The notes under the pieces: model-generated
Databases searched by the model: none
Seen by the model: only the letters and a program-made list of their open reading frames with translations
Told to the model about the DNA's origin: nothing
DNA from: Octopus sinensis
Taxonomy: Eukaryota
Assembly: GCF_006345805.1 (NCBI RefSeq)
Contig: NC_043012.1
Coordinates: 29,388,001-29,452,000, forward strand
DNA: 64,000 nucleotides
Direction: 5' to 3'
Program-made: the position numbers and the translations under genes
Shown here: positions 27,401 to 40,785 of the stretch, in pieces
How positions within the stretch are numbered: position 1 is the stretch's first letter
Layout of the letters: each line of letters starts with the position of its first letter

Positions 27401-28259
27401 ATTTTTGTTTCGAATTTTGTGTTTTCTATTCCTTTTATGCAAACTGTGAAATTTAGCTCCAATACCTGCACCCCACCACCACACACGCATACATACATAC
27501 AAATATACATACATACATAATACATACATACATACATACACACATACATACATACATACATACACACATACATACATACATACATACGTGTGTGTGTGGG
27601 CGTATGTGACTACATAATTCACATGTGCACCGAAGCATGAATAAAACATATACACATCACAGACACATACACACATACACAAAGACACACATATATATAC
27701 ATATACATATGCACACACGCGCACGCGCACAAACACACGTGGAAACGCACACACAAACACACATACACACAATATTTTACAAGGAAAATTTTGACGCTTT
27801 CGATATTTCGATTCTTTCAGGCTCTGTATTGCTTTTGGCAGATTGTTCCTTTGTTAGGATGAGTAATCTGAATGAGTATTTAGTGTGCTGTAGGTAGATA
27901 AATTCGATGAATCGGAAGGCGGGAAACAGAAAACCATGGGAGAAAAGTATGTGCTTGTAGAGGGTCGGTTGATATAAAGGTATGATGAAGAAAGCTATTC
28001 TGGTTTGATACACACACACACACACACTACACACATACATATATATATATCCAGAATATATCCAGAAATAGGAATTGTACTTTTTTCTCCACATTACTTT
28101 TTATTTATGCGTTTACTAGTGTGTGTGTGTGTGTTTCAGTGTGTGTAGGCGCAGGCGTGGCTGCGTGGTTCCAGGTTAAGTCCCACTGTGTGGCACCTTG
28201 GTCAAGTGAATTCTATAGCCTATAAAGGTAAAGGATAAAAGATATACCTATCTCTCTCT

Positions 28260-28318
<59 letters not shown>

Positions 28319-28370
28319 GATTAAACATATATCAGAAAAGAACAGCTGTATATATATATATATATATATA

Positions 28371-29168
28371 CTAGCAGTATAACCCAGCCTTACCCGGGAT
28401 TAAGTTATGATTATTAAGCTAATCAAGTACTTTATTTCAAACCAAACTAAGTAATATCGACTCTCAACAAAACACTTTTTTACACAGCGTCAAATAAAAA
28501 CAAAACTATTTCGCACCCAAAGAAATGTGTGTGTGAGAGAGGAGGGGAGAAAGATGAATGATTTAAAATAAATATATTGTAATTGTTGTGTGAGAAAGTA
28601 TATATACTATGATTATAAAATATGGTGTCTTTCAAAAGCATCCTGAATTTGAACACTATATCTCATGTTTAAGAAAAAACAAAACATTTTACATTTTATT
28701 TTTTATGAACGTCATCACTCTATCTTTGTTTTCCCCCTTTTTTTTTGTTAGACGCCGTGAAACTCTCTTCCACTTTTCTTTATCTTATTTTTTTTGCTAG
28801 ACGCCGTCAAAAAGCTATGGCTGAAAATAGATTTTTATGAACGTCGTCACTTACTCTCTCTCTCCCTCTCTCACTTTGTCTTTCCCGTGAAAATCTCTGC
28901 CCCTCTTCCACTTTTCTTTATCTTATTTTTTTTGTTAGACGCCGTCAAAAAGCTATGGGTGATATTTTTATGGCTAAAAGCTATGGCTGAAAATAGAATT
29001 TTACCGCTATCTGCGGGTGCCTCGGGAAAAAAAATAAGTTGACAAAACCCAGATAGGATGTTGACGAATGTCCTAAAATTTGAGCGACATGCGTGCTAAT
29101 TTGTGGACGTGCATAAATTACAATAACGTATACACACACACACGCACACACATCATGCCTTTTATAGA
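28371..29168 (-). mobile_element. Non-autonomous Helitron
   Basis: Minus strand A|TC(TATAAAAGG) start; 3' hairpin cccgg-gtaagg-ctggg then ttatactg CTAG|T; internal ~135-bp duplications. Confidence 0.8.
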
Positions 29169-29174
29169 TATGAC

Positions 29175-29232
<58 letters not shown>

Positions 29233-29307
29233 GATAGATAGATATAGGTTTGAGACATGTGTCTGGTTATAAAATAGTCCGACTTACAGAATATAAATGA
29301 TATCAGG

Positions 29308-29389
29308 AGTTAAATGGGAACAGTTTTACGAGACCAACAGCTGTTTCCAGAAACAGCTGTTGGTCTCGTAAAACTGTTCCCATTTAACT
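29308..29389. repeat. Perfect palindrome, 40-bp arms with 2-nt spacer
   Basis: agttaaatgggaacagttttacgagaccaacagctgtttc-ca-gaaacagctgttggtctcgtaaaactgttcccatttaact. Confidence 0.95.
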
Positions 29390-29559
29390 TGGTGGTCCGG
29401 AATAATGATAGCTACTTGGATCCATTATCGGTTAACACCTTCTCCATCCTCAGAGGAGAGATTACAGTGAAGAATGTTCACAGGATGGAGTTTAAAGATA
29501 GAATGATTTTGTGGAGAGCAAAGTGTGTTAGGAAGGGGAGTTGGGGGTATTTAGATAGA

Positions 29560-30900
29560 GAGTAGTTGGAGGAGAAAATAGATTCCAGAGTCAGCATTAA
29601 TAATGAGGCTTGTGATAGTAGTAGAGGTGGAAGGTAGGAAGAAGGGTGGTTTAGGTAGTATGTGAGTGATGAGCTTTGTGATAGTTTGTATGAAGGCTAT
29701 GGAGTTAAAGTCTGAGATGGTGAAAAGGGGTTGTTAATAATTGGGGGAAATGAGTTGACTGGTTCTGTAGGTAAAGGCGGTGAGGAGGTGGTCAAAAGTC
29801 GTGGGACAAAGGAATTGGGTTGGTAGTTTTCAAAGGAGTGGAGTTTTGTTAGGTACTGTTTGAGCTTGGGGAGGGGAGGGAGGATAAGAGTAAAGTGGAG
29901 GTGGTTGATTTAAAGATTTGGAAGAAATGTAAGATGTATGTTTGGGAATGAATAAGAGGGGGCGGTTAGTATTTATTAAGCTGTATGTTATATACATAAC
30001 CTCAAATCGCAAAATATTCCATACACCTTATATACTGGTCCATCGTAAGTGAAGCTCCCTCATACAATGCAAATATTGGTAAGTGTACGTTATGTCCAAA
30101 AGAACCATTAACTATTATTCGCCTTCACAACTCGTTACTCAAAAGATTCTCTAATATCATTTAATCTTGTAAACACAGCTACTACTCAGCTTTCATGCAC
30201 ATCGCTAAATCTATATAATCCTATAAGTTTTGATACCCAAAAATGTCAATTTAAAACAAAGTCAGCCTTGCAACCTACTACTTAATAAAGACTACCCCCA
30301 ATCCATCTTATTCCTTCCCAAGCATACATCTTAAATTTCTTTCAAATCTGCAAATCAACCACTTCCACTTTCCTCTTAGCGTAAAATAAAAAATATGTAT
30401 TGTTTTTAATTTTGTATGTTATCGAATGTCTGTAGTAGCTTCTGTCTTAAAGTAGCATAGTTTTGAACCTTTGCGTAGAGCAATTTCAATTCAGTAATCT
30501 TAAAAATATATAAATAAACGTTTATTTCACATCTCTCTTGCTTTTACAAGGATTAGGCAACGGAAATACTGAAGTGAGAATCTAGTGCTAACTAGTGATT
30601 ATAGTTTAAAAAGCAAAAACTACTTCATCTAGAAAGCTGATATCTCAGATATGCTATTTCTGCATTGCATTGAGTCAGCACACCAAATTTGGTAAAAACT
30701 CGAGCAGGCGTTGGGAATCCCACCTAGAATTTTGCATGATTTGGGTTAAAAGTGGTGATCAATTTCTTAAGTTGGGGGTGATGTTTTTTGAAATAATGTA
30801 AAATAAATGTTATTCATCGAATTACATTATAGGGTTATAGGTTGCGAAGAAGAGCTTTGCTCGAAACGTTAAACCATCTTTCTTCCTTCCCTTAGCGTTT
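29560..30900. mobile_element. Penelope-like 3' remnant with inverted duplicated segment
   Basis: Plus-strand YWSIVSEAPSYNANIGKCTLCPKEPLTII...SCKH at ~30030-30180 matches the PLE C-terminal CxxC region; ~29880-29990 is an inverted copy of ~30275-30380. Confidence 0.6.
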
Positions 30901-30966
30901 GCTAATACTTTACATTACCACGTTCTCGCATTGTTTTTGTGTTGGTTCTTCGTTTTTTGGGGGATT

Positions 30967-30969
<3 letters not shown>

Positions 30970-31048
<79 letters not shown>

Positions 31049-31076
31049 ATATATGTAATATATATGTATGTATATT

Positions 31077-31107
<31 letters not shown>

Positions 31108-31113
31108 GGTATA

Positions 31114-31163
<50 letters not shown>

Positions 31164-31174
31164 ATATATATATA

Positions 31175-31234
<60 letters not shown>

Positions 31235-31235
31235 C
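30970..31235. repeat. (TA)n microsatellite
   Basis: Directly visible. Confidence 0.95.
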
Positions 31236-31545
31236 ACTGTTGTGTGCGTGTGTCTATACTGCACAACCTGTGAGATCGTTGGAGTGGTTGCAAGTACTGA
31301 TTTTACTGAGATCTTCCGTGTTCTCACAGACATCTGACATACGCACCTTATCTAAGCATCCAAAGGACCCAACACTCAGACAAATACGGGAGTATGTCCT
31401 CATAAATGAAACTTCCCCTATACTAAATAGGAAATATACATAGTAGATATACCCCCATTCCCACATTTTACACAGGTAGAGTAGAATAGTTAGTGGGCTG
31501 TTAGGTAGATAGATGTATGTATATATGTGTGTGTGGGTGTATGTA

Positions 31546-31577
<32 letters not shown>

Positions 31578-32477
31578 AAGAGAGAGATAGATGCATGTGT
31601 TTGTATGGGTAGGTATATGAATATATATATGTATATGCACATGTATGTAAGCATATGGATATGAAAGTAAACAGATCAGCATACAGACGGATAGTTACAT
31701 AGTTATATGAACAAACAAGCACACATATGCAAATGAAGACTAAAATACATGACCATATATATACACAGATACACTTTACTTCACACGAGGACACATATGG
31801 AGACACATGTCCACACATATGGAGCTGCACACCCATACATACAAACACGGTACATAGTTGGAAAACACACACACACACTCAGATATGCATACACAAGGAG
31901 ACAGACGCACACACTTACAAGCACGCACACGCACACACACACACATACGCACACGCACACGCGCGCGCACATAGATAAAAACACACAAACACGGACATGC
32001 AAACGCATGAATATGCAAAATAGATGCATACAAATGTACACACATAGATAGATATGCACGCACACACATAAATGCATACACACACTTGCATACATACATA
32101 CATGTATGTATAGGCACTCACACACACACACTGATCCACACACATGCGCACAAACAAACAAAAAGGAACGCAGTGTGAGTAACGGACAGAGTCAACGAAT
32201 ATTGAAAAGGTTGCAAGACGCAACGAAAATTTTAGAAAAATAAAGAAATAAGTGGAAATTTTGCCGGTGAGTATGTTAAATTATAAGACACCAAAATAGA
32301 ATGACTCTCCCCAGACACAACAGAATATGCTTCAACACACGAACTCACATAAAGAATCTTGCAAACCAAATCCAATATGTATGTATGGGTGTATGTATGT
32401 ATAGATATATAAATCCTTAAATCCTTAAAAATGTCTCAGCCCGAAAGTTGCGGCTATGCTGGCGCACCATATATATA

Positions 32478-34092
32478 CAGTGGCGGCCAAAAGGTTCAGA
32501 ACAGCATTGTTTTCGTCAGAAAAGTAGATATAATTTTTTATCAAAGTTGTTTTATATTCTATAATTTTCACAGACAATAAATACGATATTATTTATTATT
32601 GCCTGAGATTTTGGTGTAATTTGAGAGCATAATACAAAAGTTATGGATGATTTAGTGATTTACTGCAAAACCCATGGCGGCCAAAATGATCAGAACGGTT
32701 GCTTTTACTCCGTGTTTTAGTATACTCTAATGTTTTGAATTTGTTTACGTGACGGTTAATTTACTAAACATTAGTAAAAATATTTGCAGTGTACTTTGTT
32801 AATATAATGCCACTTACTCCGTTACCAGTTCGTCAGCAGATTATTAAGCTTCGAAGGAAGGATAATTTAAGTATTGGATCTATTGCAAAGATTGTTAACA
32901 AGTCAAAAGTGTTGTACACGGTATTCTTAAGGTCTACGATGATTGTGGTTCGTGTGAATCAAGAAAGTTTACAGGTAGGCCAAGAAAAACGACCAAGAGA
33001 GAAGATCGTGCTATGGTAAAGTTGATTAAAAAGGACAGATTTAAAACTGCTGCTGCTGTTTTCTCGGAAAATGAGCATTGTATGAAGAAAACTTTATCTC
33101 GAAAAAACTGTGTCTCGTCGTTTAGTTGAACATGACCTACAAGCAAGAGCACCTGCAGTGAAGCCACTGATCAGCTCCAAGAATAAAAAGTGTCGTCTTA
33201 CCTTTACAACCAAACATGTGTTGTGGTCTCAAGAAAAATGGCAAACGGTGCATTTCAGTGATGAATCTAAGTTTATGTTATTTGGCTCAGATGGGAAAAG
33301 GTACGTTCGTAGAAAAGTAGGTGAAAAATTGTCGCCTAAATGCCTTAAGACTAGTGTTAAATTCGGTGGAGGAAGTGTCATGGTTTGGGGTATGATATCT
33401 GAAGATGGTGTGGGCCCTTTGGTGCTATTACATGGAAAGGTAAATGCAGGAGTTTATAAGCAACTTGTAAAAGATCATGTCTTGCCTGTGTTGAGAAATT
33501 CAACTAAGCGACCACCTATATTCATGCAGGACAATGCCCCATGTCACAAGGCTAAGGTGATCATGAACTTCCTTAAGGCTGAAAAGGTTATTGTTATGGA
33601 TTGGCCTGCTCAAAGCCCAGATCTCAATCCTATTGAAAATGTATGGAATATTCTAGGAGAACGTTCGAAAGCCAGAAATCCTAAAACAACTGAGCAATTA
33701 TGGAATGCCCTTCAGGAAGAATGGAATAAGATCACCCAGCAAGAAATTGAAAATTTAATTTCCTCATGCAGTCAAAGATGTCAGAGTGTGATTGAAGCTA
33801 AAGGGCTTCACACTAAATATTAAATAATTCCAGTATTCTCTGTCATTTTTAATTATTTTGTTATTTTTTCAACCGTTCTGATCATTTTGGCCGCCATGGG
33901 TTTTGCAGGAAATCACTAAATCATCCATAACTTTTGTATTATCCTCTCAAATTACACCAAAATCTCAGACAATAACAATTAATATTGTATTTATTGTCTG
34001 TGAAATTATAGAATATAAAACTACTTTGATAAAAACTTATACTTGCTTTTCTGACGAAAACAATGCTGTTCTGAACATTTTTGCCGCAACTG
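32478..34092 (+). mobile_element. Full-length Tc1 transposon (DD34E) with long IR/DR termini
   Basis: TA TSDs at 32476-32477 and 34093-34094; ~224-bp TIRs (32478-32701, 33870-34092), each with two tggcggccaaaa..cagaac repeats. Confidence 0.97.
32807..33823 (+). pseudogene. Tc1 transposase, two frameshifts in the N-terminal third, catalytic domain open
   Basis: MPLTPLPVRQQII...; GRPRKTTKREDR in a shifted frame; FSDESKF, QDNAPCH and WPAQSPDLNPIEN with exactly 34 residues between D and E. Confidence 0.9.
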
Positions 34093-34309
34093 TATAACTG
34101 ATGTGTTATAATACTATTCCACAGCCTTATCAACAATCCAAGCACCTGATGAATAAATAATGCAAGAAAAATGTCCAACTCCTTTCTTGATATACATACA
34201 GTAGTATGTATGTAGTAGTACCTCAGTTTACAAACACTTCTCATCATGGGCAAATCGGTTTATGAACATTTCAGGTAACAAACGGCCTTCAGAAATTAAG
34301 TTCATACAT

Positions 34310-34411
34310 ACATGCATACAAATACATACACATACAAATACATACATACATACATACATACATACATACATACACATACAAATACATACATACATACATA
34401 CATACATACAT

Positions 34412-34447
<36 letters not shown>

Positions 34448-34551
34448 GCACACATATATGTATATATGTATTCCACAAACACACAAGCACATAAACATAT
34501 ACACACACATACGTATAAATGTGTATGTATATGTGTGTTTGCGTGTGAGTG

Positions 34552-34620
<69 letters not shown>

Positions 34621-34631
34621 GAGAGAGAGAG

Positions 34632-34670
<39 letters not shown>
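34310..34670. repeat. (TACA)n/(CA)n/(AG)n microsatellites
   Basis: Directly visible. Confidence 0.95.
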
Positions 34671-34673
<3 letters not shown>

Positions 34674-34799
34674 ATAAGGTTGTGTATCAATATATATTCA
34701 CCTTTCACTCAATCTTTGTGAATTTATCATTCCAATACAAACTCTACCTCATCTCGATAATTTAGTACAAAAAAAAAAGCTAAATCAAAACATAAAAGG

Positions 34800-35023
34800 T
34801 GAGAATTCCTCGCCATATCGCGGTTCACCAACCGTAATTTATTATTTAAGCTGACGCCGATTCCTCCGTGATGTTGTTTTACATTTATAATAAAATAAAT
34901 ATATACAAATTATAAAAATAATTTTAAAAATATACAATACAGTATTGTTTCTACTTCGCGGATTTTTACATATCGCGGAGTGTTTTGGAACGTAACACCT
35001 GCGATAGTCGAGGGATTACAGTA
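34800..35023. mobile_element. Tigger-like MITE remnant
   Basis: cctcgccatatcgcggtt... and ...cttcgcggattttt...cgcggagtgttttggaacgtaacacctgcgatagtcgagggattacagta, typical of Tigger-type termini. Confidence 0.5.
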
Positions 35024-35467
35024 TTGAACATCAGTCATTTCTGGCCAAATGAAGCCACACCTCCCTAGGACCATTCTGTAGCTCTGGAGGCTACGGTTGG
35101 CCAATCGCAACTCTATATTAACTAAACAGAAAAAGAGAAAATGAAAACGCAGGTAGAAAGCATAAGAAAAAGAGGTATGAGTTTATAAAATCTTTCCGAA
35201 AAACGTCGGCTGCTGCCTGTCGTTATCTGCAGTTGAGTCTTTGGCTCTCTCGTACTATTGCCACAGCGATTAGCAGTTCACTATAGGTAGGTACTGTGAC
35301 TGCTGCTGAAGTTGCTGCTGTGACTGACATAGGATACACAAACACAGATACAGGCAACCACACACACCCACGCACACACACGCACACACACACACACCTG
35401 TGTGCGCCTGTATACACACATATACTTGAAGATACATATGTAAACACATGTGTGTGTGTGTGCGCGC

Positions 35468-35815
35468 TGCGCTCGGGTGGTCTAGTGGTTAGGTGTTGCA
35501 CTCGCGATAGCGAATTCGGGATTTCGATTCCCAAACAGGCGGTGTGTTGTGTTTTGAGCAAATAACCTCATCTTTCGTTGCTTGAGTCTACTCCGCTGTA
35601 ACTCTATGACGGGATAATTGGTCAGCCCGCTTAGCCATCTGGGTGATATCATTCAAAAGCTCAAACAATATGAAAAATCGCAATCCGATAGTGTATAACA
35701 ACATAGTGTATAACAACATCCGATAGTCATGTCGATACAGTAGTTCTGGGTTCAGTCTCACAGCGTAACACCTGTGTTAGTTGATCTGGTAGACGGAAAC
35801 TAAAAGAAGCCCATC
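35468..35815 (+). mobile_element. tRNA-derived SINE (third family)
   Basis: gggtggtctagtggttagg A-box, ttcgattccc B-box, ttgagcaa CORE-like segment. Confidence 0.55.

Positions 35816-35817
<2 letters not shown>

Positions 35818-35900
<83 letters not shown>
35818..35900. repeat. Pure (TA)n
   Basis: Directly visible. Confidence 0.95.
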
Positions 35901-35903
<3 letters not shown>

Positions 35904-36039
35904 TTTTATTTTATTATATTATATTTTATTATATTTTTATTTTATTTGAGAACAAATCTTTGTGGAGAATGGCGATTTGACGTCTATATCTAGCATGTTG
36001 ACTGTCCACCTTTTCGTGTTCAGTCCTTAATTGGTATAT

Positions 36040-36660
36040 ATATATATATATATATATATAACGTCATCCCTAAAACCATTAACAATGAAATAGATGCCAT
36101 CGCTGATACTTAAAATTTTTAGACTTTGCAGCAGAAGAGTTGTGACACCATTCCATGGGTTGAGCCTTCATTTCTTGATCATAATAAAATGTCCACGTTT
36201 CATTCCCTGTCACCAGATCAGAAAAAAAAGGTGAATTCATTAGTTTCAAACACTCACAGCTTATCAAAGCAGATTTCCACAATACTCTCCTCCAAATCGG
36301 TTGTCAATTGCCGAGTTAGCCACTTTGCACACAGTTTCCGATATTTGAAGGTTTCCACCATCTTTCACTGCACTGTATTGTGACCACAATCCAAATGTGC
36401 GGCACGCTCATTACACTGGGACTTGTCTGTTTGCCCCAATTACTTCGTTCACTCGCCGGCGACTTGACGCGGGAGTCGTGGATGACAATCTGCCACTGCG
36501 TGGTCATCACTTCTTTAAACTTCATCTGTGCATTTTGCTCCTGTCAGTGGGGTTATTTCTGTTCTTTCCTGTAGTCCCCTATGCATGTTAGCCTGCAGAC
36601 AGCCTGCAGTACTCCACCATGAAGAACTCAATGACAGCACACGACTTCTTGGAAACCATT
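36040..36660 (-). mobile_element. Degenerate mariner transposase remnant
   Basis: LVTGNETWTFYYDQEMKAQPMEW (TGDETW-like), YRKLCAKWLTRQLT (WVPxxL-like) and a frameshifted DD-RSGR motif. Confidence 0.75.
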
Positions 36661-37019
36661 ATTTACCTGAAATGAAGAACAGGAAGAGAGCTATTATAAA
36701 GAAAGAGTTACCCAAATCGAGCAGAAAATAAAATAGTTAATAAAATGGTTATACCCGCTTTTGACTTACTTTCGGTACAATCCACATTGCAATCCATTTT
36801 ACCCAACGCATAAGGTTTGTACTACGTAAAAAATATTTTTTTATATATTTTACAATTCTTATATTATGATATACATGTATAAATATGTACGTATGCATAC
36901 AAATATACGTACAGGCATTAATACAGAAATTTGCTCAGGATTGTTCGAAAGAGCCTCGATACTGTGGCGCAGTATCGGGGACATTGCGACACATTTGTGT
37001 ATACCGTTAAATAATAAAA

Positions 37020-37068
<49 letters not shown>

Positions 37069-37159
37069 GAAGAAGAAGAAGAAGAGAAGAGAAGAAGAAG
37101 AAGAAGAAGAAGAAGAAGAAGAAAACGCTTTTCTCTAAACACGGGGGTGGGGGTCGACA

Positions 37160-38165
37160 AAATACAAAAATAGGAACAAACTACAGTGACACACTGATTT
37201 CAGATGACATATCAGAAATGGTTAAAGAGACAAAAAACAACGTGAAAACAGAATAATAATATATACTAAAGAAGAAATCGAGAGAAAAATCACTCCATGG
37301 CCAATATCCTGCAAGGCTTAACAGAGAAGTGAGCCTAAGTAGAAGCCAACTATGGCTCAAAGGCTCTGGACTAAAAGCTGAAACAAAAGGATTGATTCTC
37401 GCTACACAAGTCCAAAGCCTGACCACAAACCACTATAAAAGCAAAATGATGAAAACAGGCCTTTACACTAAAAGCAGAATATGCAACCAGCACAGTGAGG
37501 CAGTTGACTGCATTATCTCTGCCGTCCAGTCCTTGCCAAATCTGAATATATATATACAGACATGACGGAGTAAGTAGTTATATTTACTGGATACTATGCC
37601 AACACTAAAAGCTGCCAACCTAAAATGCCAACCTAAAAACTGACAAGAAAAGGTATAGACATATGCCAAGCAAGGTACAAGACGACGACTAGGACACAAT
37701 CATCTGAGGTATGCCCGTTAAGGATTAGAAAAAAAAAGCAAAGAATCCTGCTTTCTGATAGATATTGCAGTGCCTTCTGACCAAAATATTGCTTAAAAAC
37801 AATTGCAGAAATTGTCAAAGTACAAAGATCTCGAAATTAAAGTATTAAAGATGTGGGGCATGGAGGCGAAAACAATACCAGTAATAATTGAGAATAATAA
37901 AAAACAAACATGAAGAACAACGTAGAAGCTATAGTTGGACCCTCAAAGTTGGATCCAAAGATGGTCCTACTAGGAACAGCTCATATCCTACGCAAGACAC
38001 CATCAATTCAATAATACAACACAAACAAAAAACAACAGCACACCTCAAGGAAAAAAGCTATCAATACAGTACCGGGATGAGTTCGCACACTCTCAACAGC
38101 AGAAAAGTACACACAATGCATCCCAAAAACACAAAGGTGTAGCAGTAGAAATTTGCTTCAATCTA
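37160..38165 (+). mobile_element. R4/Dong-type 3' fragment between (AAT)n arrays
   Basis: GQYPARL...SQLWLKGSGLKAETKGLILATQVQSL; DIAVPSDQNI...LSKYKDLEIK. Confidence 0.85.
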
Positions 38166-38184
38166 CCAAATGTTGAACAGTTAC

Positions 38185-38201
38185 AATAATAATATAATAA
38201 T

Positions 38202-38233
<32 letters not shown>

Positions 38234-38238
38234 TAATA

Positions 38239-38300
<62 letters not shown>

Positions 38301-38365
38301 TAATAATAATAATAATAATAAGAATAATAATAATAATAAAAATAATTAAAATAATAATAATAATA

Positions 38366-38426
<61 letters not shown>

Positions 38427-38496
38427 TAATAATACAAAAATAATAATAATAATAATAATAAAATAATAATAAAAAATAATAATAATTATAAATAAA

Positions 38497-38530
<34 letters not shown>

Positions 38531-38534
38531 TAAA

Positions 38535-38600
<66 letters not shown>

Positions 38601-38602
38601 TA

Positions 38603-38636
<34 letters not shown>

Positions 38637-38722
38637 TAAAAAATAATAATAATAATAATAATAATGATAATAATAATAATAAAAAATTAATAATATAATA
38701 ATAATAAAATAATAAAAAATAA

Positions 38723-38795
<73 letters not shown>

Positions 38796-39082
38796 TAATA
38801 ATAATAATAATAAAATAATAATAAAATAATAATAATAATAAAATAATAATAATAATAAAATATTAATAATAATAATAATAATAAAAAATTAATAATAATA
38901 ATAATAATAATAATAAGAATAATAATAATAAAATAATAATTAATAATACTAATAAAAAATAATAATAATAATAATATAATAAAAAATAATAATAATAATA
39001 ATAATAATAATATATAATAATAATAATAATAATAAAAATAATAATAATATAATAATAATAATAAAATAATAATAATAATAAT

Positions 39083-39113
<31 letters not shown>

Positions 39114-39119
39114 TAATAA

Positions 39120-39160
<41 letters not shown>

Positions 39161-39164
39161 TAAA

Positions 39165-39211
<47 letters not shown>

Positions 39212-39236
39212 GAATAATAATAATAATAATAATAAA
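38185..39236. repeat. ~1.05-kb imperfect (AAT)n array
   Basis: Directly visible. Confidence 0.95.
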
Positions 39237-39824
39237 AATGCCCTGATGCAGTACCATGCCCTGATGCAGTAAATGCCCTGATGCAGTACCAGGCAGTGGC
39301 TCTCATGGCTTCTGATCTTAACTGATTGGAAGTGTTATCATGTACATTGTTTTGTCTTGGTATAAAAGATGGGCTACAGCAAATATTCTGCTCAATACCA
39401 CAGATTGCTTGTCAGTTGTTTGACCTTAACCAGTTGAGCATGTCCCTTAGTGGCTGACGATATGTGCATCTCTGATCACGAGCAGAAGTAGTGGGGGAGC
39501 ATCATAGCCATGTGTTGAAATGGATGCTGGGGGTTTGAATAGTTCACCTCTGGAAACATGGGTGGTTCTTTCAACATCCTTAAACAACCCTTATTCGGGG
39601 ACCGTTGAGCGGGATGGGCTACTCAACCTGAAGAAAATTCAAACTGGGCCCCACCTGCAAGGTCATGTGCTGTTTATCTTGATATGAGATCACCATGTCG
39701 CGCACATATGGTGTGATGCATGTGCCTGGTGTACCTTTATCAGACGGGTAGTCAAGATGGGTATATTGGGCTTCGTATATTTTACCCCAGTGTCACTTTG
39801 ATGGCATGAACTGCTCTCTCACTC
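39237..39824 (+). mobile_element. ~590-bp apparently non-coding element embedded in (AAT)n
   Basis: Sharp junctions with AAT repeats on both sides; no long ORF; starts with three copies of tgccctgatgcagta. Orientation inferred by analogy to the Dong fragments. Confidence 0.5.
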
Positions 39825-39856
<32 letters not shown>

Positions 39857-39859
39857 GGT

Positions 39860-40260
39860 GCACCACATATGCTATGTAGATGACTTTGCATGCCCCTTTG
39901 ACCCACGAATAGTCAAGAAGACGAAAAGATAGATAGATGCAACCCTCTTAAGTACGAAATAGCCAGGCTATGGAAAATGAAGAAGATGAAGATAGTGGCA
40001 ATTATTGTTGGATCCTTGGGAACAGTATCATAAGGCAACAATAGGAATATAAAGGAAACTGGATAAGAACGCCCAGTACAACTGTTACAAAAGATTTACC
40101 TCCTTGGCACGGCCGGAATAATCAGGTAAGTATTAGACAGCTGAAAAGCGCGAATAGCATGGTGTCGTAGGCTGCAGGTAGTAAACCGTTAAACATGCAA
40201 GACTCCAGGAGCTCCAACAAAACCTGTGATAAAGAGAAAATGATAAAATTAATAATGATG
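39860..40260 (+). mobile_element. R4/Dong-type 3' fragment (different subfamily)
   Basis: DFACPFDPR...PLKYEIARLWKMKKMKIVAIIVGSLGTV...LQKIYLLGTAGIIR* pattern; AAT upstream. Confidence 0.7.
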
Positions 40261-40279
40261 GCTAGAGTACATAATAATA

Positions 40280-40590
40280 TGGGCAGTACTTGTCAGCACA
40301 ATCTTTTGGATTTCTCTGAGACCTGGTTCTCCTGAGATTTTATCTAAATGTTTCTGACATCCCTTTTTTTTATCATATCTAAGGTACCTACAATAACCGG
40401 AACAGTTCTCGTTTTAAGATGCAGCATCTTTTGTACTTTAATTTCCAGATCCTTATATTTATTTAGTTTATCAATTTCCTTGACAGATATGTTTGTATTA
40501 GTGGGAACGCTTACATCTATTAGCGTACAAGTATTTTCTTCCTCATCTTTAATAATTATGTCTGCTCGATTACCTTGCATCGTTCTGTCT
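40280..40590 (-). mobile_element. R4/Dong-type RLE fragment
   Basis: ORF 40344-40580: NRADIIIKDEEENTCTLIDVSVPTNTNISVKEIDKLNKYKDLEIK. Confidence 0.85.
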
Positions 40591-40622
40591 GTGTCATTAT
40601 TATTATTATTATATTATTATTA

Positions 40623-40754
<132 letters not shown>

Positions 40755-40785
40755 TTTATTGTTATTATTAATATTATTATTATTA

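Noticed and set aside
39239-39330. HDV-like ribozyme at the 5' end of the AAT-embedded element
   Set aside because: A possible P2 pairing (ccaggcag/ctgattgg) exists, but no P1/P3 could be assigned.
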